From: a virus
Length of the DNA stretch: 64,000 bases
Reading direction: 5' to 3' (one strand)
Virus record (IMG/VR): IMGVR_UViG_3300044620_000527
Location: 1 to 64,000 of that record
Positions 8,845 to 18,809 of the stretch are shown here, in pieces (position 1 is the first letter of the stretch; the number at the start of each line of letters is the position of its first letter). The notes beneath the pieces were generated by a model. The model was not told where the DNA came from. It made no database searches and was given only the letters and a program-made list of their open reading frames with translations. The position numbers were made by a program, and so were the translations under genes.

Positions 8845-9576
8845 ATGGCAACCAATGTAAATTTAGTACCAACCGATGTTCGTCAAGGTAATTTTGACAG
8901 CAATATGATGTATTCCAATATACAAATACTGGAAAACGAAATAGGTGCAGGTAATACCGCAGCAACAATAGCAAACTATTATTTGCAATTACCAAAAGAA
9001 CTAAGTGATTTGTATAGTGCAGATTGGCAACAAGAAGAATTAGGTGCGGACTTTTTAAATAGATTAGCAATGCGGGTTGCCGGTACTCAAGGACCAGATG
9101 TAGATGCAGGAACACTTGGAGATGCTGGTTTAGAGTTGATGGAAAAAATAGGTATTGGTGGATTTGCAAAAGATATTGGTAGACGAAATGGTACTGTAAA
9201 AAATCCATTAAATACTTTATTGTTTAGAAATGCAAATTTGCGTCAGTTCCAAATGACTTGGGATTTTATGCCAATTGATAAAACATTTGCTCAAAAATAT
9301 AGTGATCTATTAAAACAATTAAGAAGTGGAATGCATCCGAGTGTTGGTGGCGTTGGTTATTCAACACCAAAGGTTTTTAAACTCAAAATTGTTGTTGCTC
9401 AAAAAACAATTTTTGCTACAGATTTGTGTGCGCTAACAAATATAACCTATAATCCTTTCGGTTCCGGTTTACCTGCATTCCATAAAGATGGTGAACCAGT
9501 ACACTCTACGTTGACTTTAGAATTTCAAGAACTTCTTCCCCTCACCAGAGAAAAAGTGGAAGAACTTTACAAGTAA
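8845..9576 (+). CDS. gp48: Baseplate tail-tube cap gp48-like
   Basis: NPLNTLLFRNANLRQFQMTWDFMP, CALTNITYNP and DGEPVHSTLTLEFQELLPLTRE. Confidence 0.8.
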   Translation: MATNVNLVPTDVRQGNFDSNMMYSNIQILENEIGAGNTAATIANYYLQLPKELSDLYSADWQQEELGADFLNRLAMRVAGTQGPDVDAGTLGDAGLELMEKIGIGGFAKDIGRRNGTVKNPLNTLLFRNANLRQFQMTWDFMPIDKTFAQKYSDLLKQLRSGMHPSVGGVGYSTPKVFKLKIVVAQKTIFATDLCALTNITYNPFGSGLPAFHKDGEPVHSTLTLEFQELLPLTREKVEELYK

Positions 9577-9585
9577 AGGTCATAA

Positions 9586-10320
9586 ATGTATTTTAATAAA
9601 TTGGGAACAACACAATATGGCGATGTAACAATTCCAGACATATTCAAAAGAATTGTTTCACTTTCCTCTGAGTTTAATAAAAGTGATTTAGTTGAACAAT
9701 ATGAAATTTCAGAGGGAGAAACACCCGAAAGTTTATCCTTCTCATATTATGGTAAAGTTGATTATTATTGGGTAATATTAATAACAAATAATATAAAGAG
9801 TAGATTCTTTGATTGGCCAATGGCTTCAACAGAATTGGGTTCTTATATTGAAGCAAAATATGGAAACAAAAGTGCTTTGTTCTTTGAGGATACATCTTTG
9901 TTGGGATTTAGTAATTTTGGTGAAGTAAAATACGTCACAAAAGATAGTTACAAATTTAAAGTATTTGAATCGGATAGAAACTTAAATAAATTAGTAACAG
10001 AAAAAATATCACCATCTCAACTTTTGCAAGAATCTGTAATAAATTTGTTGGATAAAGACGAAAATGTTTTAACAGGTAAAGAAGTACAAAGAGTAGTTTA
10101 TGAAAATGAAACAGCATTACATCATATAAATTCTCCCTCTGATTCTCGTTTGCTGTTGAATGGTTACATCAACAGTAACACTGGAACTAATAATATTTTT
10201 GTTTCAAACGCAGATTATGAAACCGCAGAAAACGAAAAACGAAGAAACATTTTCTTAATTAGACCACAATATATTACGACTTTTGTTAGTAATTTTAAAT
10301 CACTCGCACAGGTAGATTGA
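9586..10320 (+). CDS. gp53: Baseplate wedge protein gp53
   Basis: MYFNK, YEISEGETPESLSFSYYGKVDYYWVILITNNI, DWPM and VSNADYETAENEKRRNIFLIRP. Confidence 0.9.
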   Translation: MYFNKLGTTQYGDVTIPDIFKRIVSLSSEFNKSDLVEQYEISEGETPESLSFSYYGKVDYYWVILITNNIKSRFFDWPMASTELGSYIEAKYGNKSALFFEDTSLLGFSNFGEVKYVTKDSYKFKVFESDRNLNKLVTEKISPSQLLQESVINLLDKDENVLTGKEVQRVVYENETALHHINSPSDSRLLLNGYINSNTGTNNIFVSNADYETAENEKRRNIFLIRPQYITTFVSNFKSLAQVD

Positions 10321-10321
10321 A

Positions 10322-11617
10322 ATGATTAATAGCGTTCTACTAACAAATAAACCTACTATAACTTTAAACGGTATTGATATTACCGAAATAGTAACAGGTT
10401 TAACTATAACTGAGAGTCTTTTTGATCCAGTTTTGAGGGGTCATTTGACTACTCTTAATACGGCCAGCGCAAATCTATACCAAAGAACAGGTTCGCTTGG
10501 AGCATTATCTCCTATTGATTTTTCCATTAATAGTCTGTTTAAAGGAAATACAGAAAAAACTATAAAAACTAAAGACATGTTTGTGTATAAGATAATGCCA
10601 GGATCAGAAATACCAGGCACAACTAATACTGAAATCATGTGTTATTTTGCCACTAAACCATTGTTTGTCAACAATAGCAGAATGATATCAAAATACTATG
10701 ATGATACCATATCAAACATGGTAAAATCTTTTTGTAAAGAAATTGATATACAATGTGATATCCAAGAAACTGAAGGAAAAGTCAAAAGAGTATTCACATA
10801 CGATTCACCATTTTCCCATATAATTTTATTGTCCAAACAAGCAAGATCTAAAGAAAATCCAAAAAACGTAGATTACGTATTTTATCAAGACATAGACAAT
10901 AAACACCATTTTATTACTATATCTAAATTTAAAGAAAAAGAAGTAAAATGGAAATATAAAGTATTACAACCACATCCCGAATTAACTACAGAAGAGGCAA
11001 AATATAGTGTAATTCGTCATAGTGGTGAGGGGTTTTCTCCTTTCGAAAATGCTTTAGAAGGATTATATTCTTCTGAAATTGTTTCATTTGATAGTACTAC
11101 CGGAGATTACTTCTCAAAAACCCATGTTTATGATAAAAACAAATATAGTACCATTTCAAATAAAGCCATAATTAACGTAGAAAAAGAATCAGAATTTAAA
11201 AAAATAGCAAACAGTGCTGTTGCAGTACGAAGATTTAATAAGCAAAGATTTTTACACGATTGTTCAGAAGAACCGGCAGGACAAGATGGTGTTGGTTTAC
11301 AAGACGATTGGGCTGGAAATCGAATGGGTTCCATGCAGCAAATGGACCAAATTGTAATGTATTTAAATGTACCCGGTAATAGTGAAATGAAAGTTGGAGA
11401 TTTAATAGAAGTTCGCAAGATGCTGAATGAAGCATATATTGAACAATCCGGAGTTCAGATGCAAGAGAAAGATGTATTTTTGACTGGCAAATTTTTAATT
11501 ACAGCAATATCACATGATATCAGTTTAAAAAGTGGTGGAACTGCTGGTACTCCATCTTCAACATATACGATGCGTATAAAGGCAGTAAAAGATTCTAAAG
11601 GAGATGAATATGCCTAA
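10322..11617 (+). CDS. Baseplate hub protein (gp27-like)
   Basis: ITESLFDPVLRG, YVFYQD, VPGNSEMKVGDLI and LTGKFLITAISH; located between gp53 and gp5. Confidence 0.65.
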   Translation: MINSVLLTNKPTITLNGIDITEIVTGLTITESLFDPVLRGHLTTLNTASANLYQRTGSLGALSPIDFSINSLFKGNTEKTIKTKDMFVYKIMPGSEIPGTTNTEIMCYFATKPLFVNNSRMISKYYDDTISNMVKSFCKEIDIQCDIQETEGKVKRVFTYDSPFSHIILLSKQARSKENPKNVDYVFYQDIDNKHHFITISKFKEKEVKWKYKVLQPHPELTTEEAKYSVIRHSGEGFSPFENALEGLYSSEIVSFDSTTGDYFSKTHVYDKNKYSTISNKAIINVEKESEFKKIANSAVAVRRFNKQRFLHDCSEEPAGQDGVGLQDDWAGNRMGSMQQMDQIVMYLNVPGNSEMKVGDLIEVRKMLNEAYIEQSGVQMQEKDVFLTGKFLITAISHDISLKSGGTAGTPSSTYTMRIKAVKDSKGDEYA

Positions 11618-12458
11618 TAATCATTTGGGTGATCCTACATTTAGGTGGTGGTGGGGTTGTGTTGAAGATAGAATGGACCCATTACAAAAGGGAAGAGTTC
11701 GAGTCAGAATACACGGTTATCATAGTCCATTTAAAAAAGATATTCCAACTGAGGGTTTGCCTTGGGCCGAAGTAATACAACCAGCCACAACGGGAAATTC
11801 ACCGCAAGCGACAGCGGTAGGATTGCATGAAGGATTATGGGTATTTGGATTCTTTAAAGATGGTGTTGAATGTCAACAACCAGTAGTTGTTGGATGGTTG
11901 CCAACTTTACCGGAAGAACCCCCAAAGGAAGAAACCAAAGGTATTGATACTCTCCAACAAAAAGATACAGAATCTGAAACTTTCCAAAAAAATTATGGTG
12001 ATGGATTCCGTGATCCAAGAAAACAAGAAGATCTTAAAAAATATCCATCAAAAGAAGTAAAAAGAAATTATCCACTTGGAAATCAAGAATCTTCTGAAAA
12101 ACGTGGTGTTCAACTAGAAGAATTAGAACCTAAAAAACAAACTGATCGTTTGGGTAGAGCAATAACGATAAACGATAAAACAAAAATAAAAGAAACAATA
12201 ATAGAATTAAAAAAAACACCACGACCAGAAGGATTGCTGGACTCGGCACCAATCGCAGATATTGATATTGAGGAGTATTTTGAATGTGGTGTGGTGAATA
12301 AAAGTGAAGCAAATAAAGGTACATTGAGTGGGTTGGGTTCTGGAAATAATTCATTTAAAAGCAGTATAGAGGCTTCCAAATTTGACAACTGGAAATTGAC
12401 AAAAGAAAAACCATTAAATTCTTCCAACAAAGAAATATTAGGATGTAATGACTCATGA
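11610..12458 (+). CDS. gp5: Baseplate spike gp5, N-terminal OB-fold part
   Basis: WWWGCVEDRMDPLQKGRVRVRIHGYH, LPWAEV and GLWVFGFFKDGVECQQPVVVG; SD AAGGAG 6 nt before ATG 11610. Confidence 0.88.
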   Translation: MPNNHLGDPTFRWWWGCVEDRMDPLQKGRVRVRIHGYHSPFKKDIPTEGLPWAEVIQPATTGNSPQATAVGLHEGLWVFGFFKDGVECQQPVVVGWLPTLPEEPPKEETKGIDTLQQKDTESETFQKNYGDGFRDPRKQEDLKKYPSKEVKRNYPLGNQESSEKRGVQLEELEPKKQTDRLGRAITINDKTKIKETIIELKKTPRPEGLLDSAPIADIDIEEYFECGVVNKSEANKGTLSGLGSGNNSFKSSIEASKFDNWKLTKEKPLNSSNKEILGCNDS

Positions 12459-13999
12459 GCGAATGCGATAAACCAAATATAGTTTCAGAACAAAATTCTG
12501 GAAAAGAAATTACAGGCAAGGGAAGACCAACTTCTGGTAAAACAATAAATCTTCCTTCTGGTGATAATGTTTCTGCAACAACTCCAGAGTCTACACAAAA
12601 AACTAAAGGTAATGTTACAGTAAAAGGTGGAGTCACAGCCGGTAATCCACAAGCATCTGCTTCTGCCCAAAATACCCCAACACAATCCGGTGGTGGGGGT
12701 GGAGGTGGTGGGGGGGGACAAGGTTCCGGAGATTCCGGTTTTGCAACTTGTTCAAACAAACAATGGAAACAACCAGAAACAGAACACGGAAGAGTAAAAG
12801 GTGAAGAAATTGAACCAAAAGATCCGTGTGGTGGTAAAGAAAAGAAAAGCAAAGAATTTAAGCCAGTATCAATATATCCTTTTAATAAAGCGTTTCAAAG
12901 TGAAAGCGGTCATTTAATAGAAATGGACGATACGCCAGGTAGTGAACGAATTTCGTTGTTCCATCGTTCTGGTTCAAATGTAGAATATTATCCAAATGGC
13001 GATGTAGTGGAACAAAATGTAAGAGATCATTATTTCCATGTGTTTAGGGATAACTATGCACATCTTGGTGGGTATTCTACAGTCACTGTAGATAAAGGAC
13101 TAAAAATCCTAGTAAATGAAAACAAAGAAGAAAACACTAAAGAGAAAAATGTAAACTTTGACATTTTTATATCTGGTAATTCCAATGTTAATATTTACAT
13201 TGAAAAAGGAAATATGAATGTTTCTGTTGCTGAGGGGGATGCAAATATAAGATTAAATAAAGGTGATGTGAATATCCTCCAAGATGAAGGAAATTATAAT
13301 CATACAGTTGGTGGTGATTATAATTTAGAAGTAAAAGGACATATGCACGTGGTAGTTGGTGGGGATGTTGTGAACGAAATAGGAGGAAATAGAGATGAAA
13401 GAATTGATGGAGATTTTGATCAAAAATATCTCACAAACAGTTCGGGTTATTTGGGTGAATATTTGTTGGGCAATAAGAGAACTTATATCGGCGGAAATCA
13501 AATAACCGAAGTTGTTGGTAACATTAATGAAAAAGGACAACACAAAAAACAAGAACTCCAATCTCAAGAAAAAACCATATATGGATCTTTTGTGACAAAA
13601 ACCGGAGGAAATTGGTGGTTGGCTTCTACTGCTGGTATACAGATAGAAGGATTGCAAACTATAACGATTAAATCTAAATTGGATATGGATATATTTGGGG
13701 CAGAATATAATGGGAAAATGCGGATATATTCCGGGAATACTTTAGAATTAATTGGAGAAAAGTTTACAGTATTGCGTTCTGCTACCGATAAAATTGAACT
13801 AAAAAGTTCAAAAAATGTTACACTCAAAACCCCATTGCTTTATAAACCCGACGATAAAAAAGCACCACCATTCAGTCCAGATCCTAAACCACTGAATTTA
13901 GACAATCCAAGTGAATATCAAACATCAAAACCGTCAAATACTAAAGATTTTATGCAAAACAATAAGAAGGAATGGGTGCCAACTAGCGCCAAAAAATAA
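12455..13999 (+). CDS. gp5: Baseplate spike gp5, C-terminal beta-helix needle part
   Basis: YPFNKAFQSESGHLIEMDDTPGSERISLFHRSGS followed by VxGD/VGG 8-residue repeats; ATGA overlap with the OB-fold gene. Confidence 0.85.
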   Translation: MSECDKPNIVSEQNSGKEITGKGRPTSGKTINLPSGDNVSATTPESTQKTKGNVTVKGGVTAGNPQASASAQNTPTQSGGGGGGGGGGQGSGDSGFATCSNKQWKQPETEHGRVKGEEIEPKDPCGGKEKKSKEFKPVSIYPFNKAFQSESGHLIEMDDTPGSERISLFHRSGSNVEYYPNGDVVEQNVRDHYFHVFRDNYAHLGGYSTVTVDKGLKILVNENKEENTKEKNVNFDIFISGNSNVNIYIEKGNMNVSVAEGDANIRLNKGDVNILQDEGNYNHTVGGDYNLEVKGHMHVVVGGDVVNEIGGNRDERIDGDFDQKYLTNSSGYLGEYLLGNKRTYIGGNQITEVVGNINEKGQHKKQELQSQEKTIYGSFVTKTGGNWWLASTAGIQIEGLQTITIKSKLDMDIFGAEYNGKMRIYSGNTLELIGEKFTVLRSATDKIELKSSKNVTLKTPLLYKPDDKKAPPFSPDPKPLNLDNPSEYQTSKPSNTKDFMQNNKKEWVPTSAKK

Positions 14000-14032
14000 T
14001 AAATAATGATACGCACTTAACGGGGAAGAATT

Positions 14033-14668
14033 ATGTTTTTACTATTTAAATCAATAACTCCTGATATGTGGTATACGGCTGGATTTGCGCTGGTATCATT
14101 TATTGTTGGAATAAGTTTTTCGTTATTGAACGTTTTTCAAAAAAGAAAAACACATAAATTATTTACCAATTCGGAAAAAGATTTTACAAAAATACACACT
14201 CAAGTAAATGAAGTTTTGACAGAACTTAGATTGCAATTAGATTGTGCAAGAGTTTATATTTCACAATTTCATAATGGTGGAGATTTTTTTAGTGGAGAGA
14301 GTATTTTAAAGTTTTCAATAACGCATGAATCATGTTCCCTAGGTGTCGCACAAACTATAGATCAACAGCAAGGTGTTTTGCTTACAAGATTTGTAGAAAA
14401 ATTAAAAATTCTACAAGAAGATGAACCAAGAATAATATTTACAAACACTTTGATTGATAGTCACTTTAAAGGATTTATGGAATCAAGAAACACTATTGCT
14501 TTTATTCTTGTTCCAATGAAAAAACACAACACAATTTCTCCTTTCGGTTATATTTGTTGTGAATGGTGCTCTTGGAACCACGCAGAAAGCATAAATCCAA
14601 ATAAAACAATAGATCATTTGGAAAAAGATGTACGAATACTTAACACCCTATTAATAAAACATGGCTAA
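14033..14668 (+). CDS. Single-TM protein with GAF-like soluble domain (holin T-like candidate)
   Basis: Hydrophobic segment aa ~13-35, then LTELRLQLDCARVYISQFHNGG...FILVPM...FGYICCEW GAF-like pattern. Confidence 0.5.
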   Translation: MFLLFKSITPDMWYTAGFALVSFIVGISFSLLNVFQKRKTHKLFTNSEKDFTKIHTQVNEVLTELRLQLDCARVYISQFHNGGDFFSGESILKFSITHESCSLGVAQTIDQQQGVLLTRFVEKLKILQEDEPRIIFTNTLIDSHFKGFMESRNTIAFILVPMKKHNTISPFGYICCEWCSWNHAESINPNKTIDHLEKDVRILNTLLIKHG

Positions 14669-15062
14669 AACCAATTTAAATATAACCGACATAAGTAACG
14701 ATTTTACCAGTAATCCTGTTACCGGCGACATATCAATTAAAAAGAATATCGATGCTATAAAGCAATCTCTTAAAAATTTGATGCTAATGAAAAGATTTGA
14801 TAAACCCTTTGATCCTAAAATTGATGTAGGATTAAATGAGGTTTTATTTGAAAATTTCCCAGATCCAATTTTAAAAGACATTATTTCTAAAAAAATTGAA
14901 TATATAATTTCAGTATATGAACCCAGAATCAAGTTGCAAAAAGTAGAAGTTGAAAGTTTATATGAAAAAAATTTACTGCAAATTGATATAACGTTTTCTT
15001 TAAGAAACCAAGCATCAGAAGAATTGCAAAACTTGCAAATAAATCTTGAGAGGATCAGATGA
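14661..15062 (+). CDS. gp25: Baseplate wedge / sheath initiator gp25
   Basis: DISNDFTSNPVTGDI, AIKQSLKNL, KPFDP, LFEN, YEPRI and LERIR. Confidence 0.92.
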   Translation: MAKTNLNITDISNDFTSNPVTGDISIKKNIDAIKQSLKNLMLMKRFDKPFDPKIDVGLNEVLFENFPDPILKDIISKKIEYIISVYEPRIKLQKVEVESLYEKNLLQIDITFSLRNQASEELQNLQINLERIR

Positions 15063-16951
15063 AACCAGATTTTTCAAAATTAGACTATAGCGACATTAAA
15101 CAGAATTTAATAACTTTTCTAAAGTCGCAAGATAAATTTAATTCCTATAATTTTGAGGGATCTACATTAAACATTCTTTTAGACATACTGGCATATAACA
15201 CACATTACCAATCATTATACAATAACATAACATTTAATGAAGCTTTTTTGGACACGGCTCAAAAAAGATCATCCGTAGTTTCAATTGCTAAAAATTTAGG
15301 ATATACTCCCGAATCTTCACGATCAGCAACATGTGCGGTAGAAGTTTTAATTGATGCAAATTCTAATGGTGGATTGTCTTCTTATACAATACCAAAAAAT
15401 ACAGCATTTAAAGTTAACAAAGATAATAGTGTTTATTATTTTTACAACTTAAATGATGCGGTTTATACTCCCAATACTTACAATGAAACCACTGGTTTAG
15501 TGGAAACTTATACAACAGGTAGTATAGTTTTAAAAGAAGGTACGTTTAAAACCGTAAATTTTGTGATAAATGGTTCCAATCCAACACAAAAAATAACTTT
15601 AAGAAGTACTAATATCGACACAAATACAATTTCCGTAAGAGTACAAAATTCTACAAGTGATTCTTCAGGCATAAATGATGTTTGGGAAGAAGCAAAAAAT
15701 ATGGTAATGGTTGACGGTTCTTCTAAAGTATATTTTCTAGAAGAGGGACCAGATGAGAACTATAGAATATATTTTGGAGATGGTATAATAGGACAATCTT
15801 TAAATGAAGGTAATTTAGTAATAATTACATTTTTAGAAACTAATGGGGAAGAAGCAAACGAAATAGGAGTAAATGATGAAGAAGGTGCAAGAGTATTTAC
15901 TTCTCCATCTCTACCAAATACAACAGTTATAGTGAGAACTCCATCATATGGTGGTTCAAGTCGTGAAACCACTCAATCTATTAAATACAAAGCACCAAAG
16001 GCATTTAGTACTCAAGAGCGTGCCGTAACTGCTGACGATTATTCTATAGTCTTGCAAAATGATTTTTCTTTTATCAAATCTATAAAATGTTGGGGAGGAG
16101 AAGATAATACACCACCCGCTTATGGAAAGATCTTTATATCAATAAAACCAGAAAACAGAGCAGCACTTTCAAACACAGAAAAAAATGCTATATTGCGTTC
16201 TCTGACAAAAAATAGAGCAGTTGTAGGAATAATACCAGAATTAGTAGATCCCAATTTGATTTATTTAATAATCAATTGTGATGCTAAAGTCGATATCATT
16301 AAAACAAATGGCTCAATTGAAAGTCTTAAGACTAAAATAATCAGTGCAATAAATGAATACATTCAAACAAATTTGGATGTTTTTGATGCAGATTTGATAG
16401 TAAATGAATTGGAAAATACTATTAAAAATACTGACACTTCTTTGTTAAGTGTTACTGTCACTCCCCAACTAGAATACAGATTAACTCCTGTTTATGGAAC
16501 GGCTGTAGATTACACTATTAATTTCCAAAATGAAATAGTCAAAAGTGATAGTATTGATAAACCAAATATAAAGTCTTCAAGATTCAACTATTACGATTAT
16601 CAAAATAACATAAGACTTTGCAGAATATATGATAATGGTTCTGGTAAATTATATCTTGCTTTTGAAAATGGTAATAAAGAATATAGCATTGGGAAATTTT
16701 CAAACATAGATTTAACCGAAAATGCACCAGAATATATTGGTAGTATAGATTATGAAACTGGTATTTTATCTCTTACAAAATTTAAACCACAAATTAATGA
16801 AGAAAATAACCCATTTATAAAGTTTTTTGCTAACGTAGTAGATTCTGATGTGTTTGTAAATCCTGATACAATTTTAACAATAGATAGTGATGATCCTAAT
16901 TCTGTTGTTATCAACTTGACAGAAACTGCTTATAGAAAACCAATTAAATGA
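15059..16951 (+). CDS. gp6: Baseplate wedge protein gp6
   Basis: LDYSDIKQNL, YNFEGSTLNILLDILAYNTHY, NEAFLDTAQKRSSVVSIAKNLGYTP, FGDGIIG, QERAVTADDY and WGGEDNTPPAYGKIFISIKP. Confidence 0.95.
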   Translation: MKPDFSKLDYSDIKQNLITFLKSQDKFNSYNFEGSTLNILLDILAYNTHYQSLYNNITFNEAFLDTAQKRSSVVSIAKNLGYTPESSRSATCAVEVLIDANSNGGLSSYTIPKNTAFKVNKDNSVYYFYNLNDAVYTPNTYNETTGLVETYTTGSIVLKEGTFKTVNFVINGSNPTQKITLRSTNIDTNTISVRVQNSTSDSSGINDVWEEAKNMVMVDGSSKVYFLEEGPDENYRIYFGDGIIGQSLNEGNLVIITFLETNGEEANEIGVNDEEGARVFTSPSLPNTTVIVRTPSYGGSSRETTQSIKYKAPKAFSTQERAVTADDYSIVLQNDFSFIKSIKCWGGEDNTPPAYGKIFISIKPENRAALSNTEKNAILRSLTKNRAVVGIIPELVDPNLIYLIINCDAKVDIIKTNGSIESLKTKIISAINEYIQTNLDVFDADLIVNELENTIKNTDTSLLSVTVTPQLEYRLTPVYGTAVDYTINFQNEIVKSDSIDKPNIKSSRFNYYDYQNNIRLCRIYDNGSGKLYLAFENGNKEYSIGKFSNIDLTENAPEYIGSIDYETGILSLTKFKPQINEENNPFIKFFANVVDSDVFVNPDTILTIDSDDPNSVVINLTETAYRKPIK

Positions 16952-18807
16952 TCGAATTAAAGATTAAAACTCCGGTCGCAAATGATATAGTTTTTTCGGA
17001 TTTAGTAACTATAAATTACGAAGTGCGAGATACTGATGGTTTGTTTTCAACTGTAGTTTTTGAAATCGGCAATTCGGTTTATGAAAAAACTAATAGAGTA
17101 GATTTATTTAATGTAACTTTGACTGAAGGTAATCACGTTTTAACTTGCTATATTAGAAACAAATATGGCAAAGAATTACCAAATACTAGAAAAACAATAT
17201 ATTTTTCAACAAAACCTATTACGTTAGAATTAAAAAATCAATTATCTTCTGTAGTAAGTGCTACTATACCTGATTTCTTGCAATATGAATATGGTGTATT
17301 TGTAGAATTTGTTAAAGAATATTATAGATGGATGGAATTAAGTAAAAATGTAAATTACATTCCACACTCTATTGAACAATTCTTGGATGTAGATACTGTT
17401 CCACCAGAGTTAATTGATAAATTTTATGAAACATATCTTGCAGTTTTTCCTAAAAAATTTGCAACAGACAAGGAAACTGGAAACAAAGTTGATATTACAA
17501 AAATTATAAAAAGAATTAGAGATTTTTATAAAAGAAAAGGAACCGAAGATTCTTTTAGATTTTTGTTTAGATTGATGTTTGATGCGGAAATAACTCTTTC
17601 ATATCCTAGAGAAAAAATTATAACAGCATCACAAGGGAAATGGGTAGTACCAACATTTATAAGAATACAAAATTTAACAGAAGATAACTGTGGATTTTTA
17701 ATTGGTAAAGAGATTTATGGTCTTGATGCAAATGGTAATAAGTCTTTCTTTGCAGTAGTAGAAGATGTTTCATTTTTCTTTGGTACTGGAAGAAACGTAA
17801 CAACTGCTCATTTAAGTGACGTATATGGTCAATTGACAGATTCTTCAGTATTCTATGACGAAGTTGTTGAAGGAATAACACAACAAGTAGAATTAAAATT
17901 GTTTTCTATGATAGTTGGAACAGAATTAAATACATGCGAAAATGCACTAGGTTATGGAAAATACGATTTCAAATATGGAGATAAACTGATACTAAGTGGT
18001 TATGGTAGTACTACAAAATATACATGCAGTGGATGTGTTCAAAATGTAGAGTATCCAGAAATTGTCATTAAAGCACTCGGTAGTGGATTTAGAGGAATTG
18101 TGGAAAGTGTTAGCGAATTGGGTGAAATATTAAAAGTTAAAATATTAGATCCGGGATACGATTACACAGAAACCAATATAAGTTACTACACAACACAATT
18201 AAATAATCCACACCCAGAAAACGAAAATAACCCAGGTCCTCAATTATCATATGATTGTAGGATATCATACCAAACTGGCTATTTGTTTAAAGATGAAGGT
18301 CGTTATTCTACAAAAAAATCACTATTATCTGAAATTGCAATACTTCCCGACAATTTTTACTATCAACAAAATTCTTATGAAATAGGATCTTCAATAACTC
18401 CTCTTTCATATTCAGAAATATTAAAACAAACAGTACACCCTGCCGGATATAAACCATTTTATCGATATGATGTTTTAGATTTACTGCAAGAAAGTCGAGA
18501 TCTGTTCGCTGCTACATCTACTCCAAGTATTAGACCAATAAAACCAAAACCAGATCCATTTTCTGGAAGAGTTGTAAACGCAGAAATAATTCGAGAAAGT
18601 GATAGAATATTTACTAGTGCCGATAGGATTGGCGAATCTGAACCTGTTTTGAGATTTTTACAAGAAGTAATTATACCAACCGAACCAACGACGGATGATA
18701 ATCCCACAGATTACAGCCCAGAAACAGGACCATCTACCGATTCCATTATAGATATAATACCAGAATACGCTCCATATAGAGCAGAGCCTTTACTTTACGA
18801 CTTATAA
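16948..18807 (+). CDS. Baseplate wedge initiator gp7-like
   Basis: IPDFLQYEYGVFVEFVKEYY, IKRIRDFYKRKGTEDSFRFLFRLMF, DNFYYQQNSYEI and VHPAG; follows gp6. Confidence 0.75.
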   Translation: MIELKIKTPVANDIVFSDLVTINYEVRDTDGLFSTVVFEIGNSVYEKTNRVDLFNVTLTEGNHVLTCYIRNKYGKELPNTRKTIYFSTKPITLELKNQLSSVVSATIPDFLQYEYGVFVEFVKEYYRWMELSKNVNYIPHSIEQFLDVDTVPPELIDKFYETYLAVFPKKFATDKETGNKVDITKIIKRIRDFYKRKGTEDSFRFLFRLMFDAEITLSYPREKIITASQGKWVVPTFIRIQNLTEDNCGFLIGKEIYGLDANGNKSFFAVVEDVSFFFGTGRNVTTAHLSDVYGQLTDSSVFYDEVVEGITQQVELKLFSMIVGTELNTCENALGYGKYDFKYGDKLILSGYGSTTKYTCSGCVQNVEYPEIVIKALGSGFRGIVESVSELGEILKVKILDPGYDYTETNISYYTTQLNNPHPENENNPGPQLSYDCRISYQTGYLFKDEGRYSTKKSLLSEIAILPDNFYYQQNSYEIGSSITPLSYSEILKQTVHPAGYKPFYRYDVLDLLQESRDLFAATSTPSIRPIKPKPDPFSGRVVNAEIIRESDRIFTSADRIGESEPVLRFLQEVIIPTEPTTDDNPTDYSPETGPSTDSIIDIIPEYAPYRAEPLLYDL

Positions 18808-18809
18808 TT

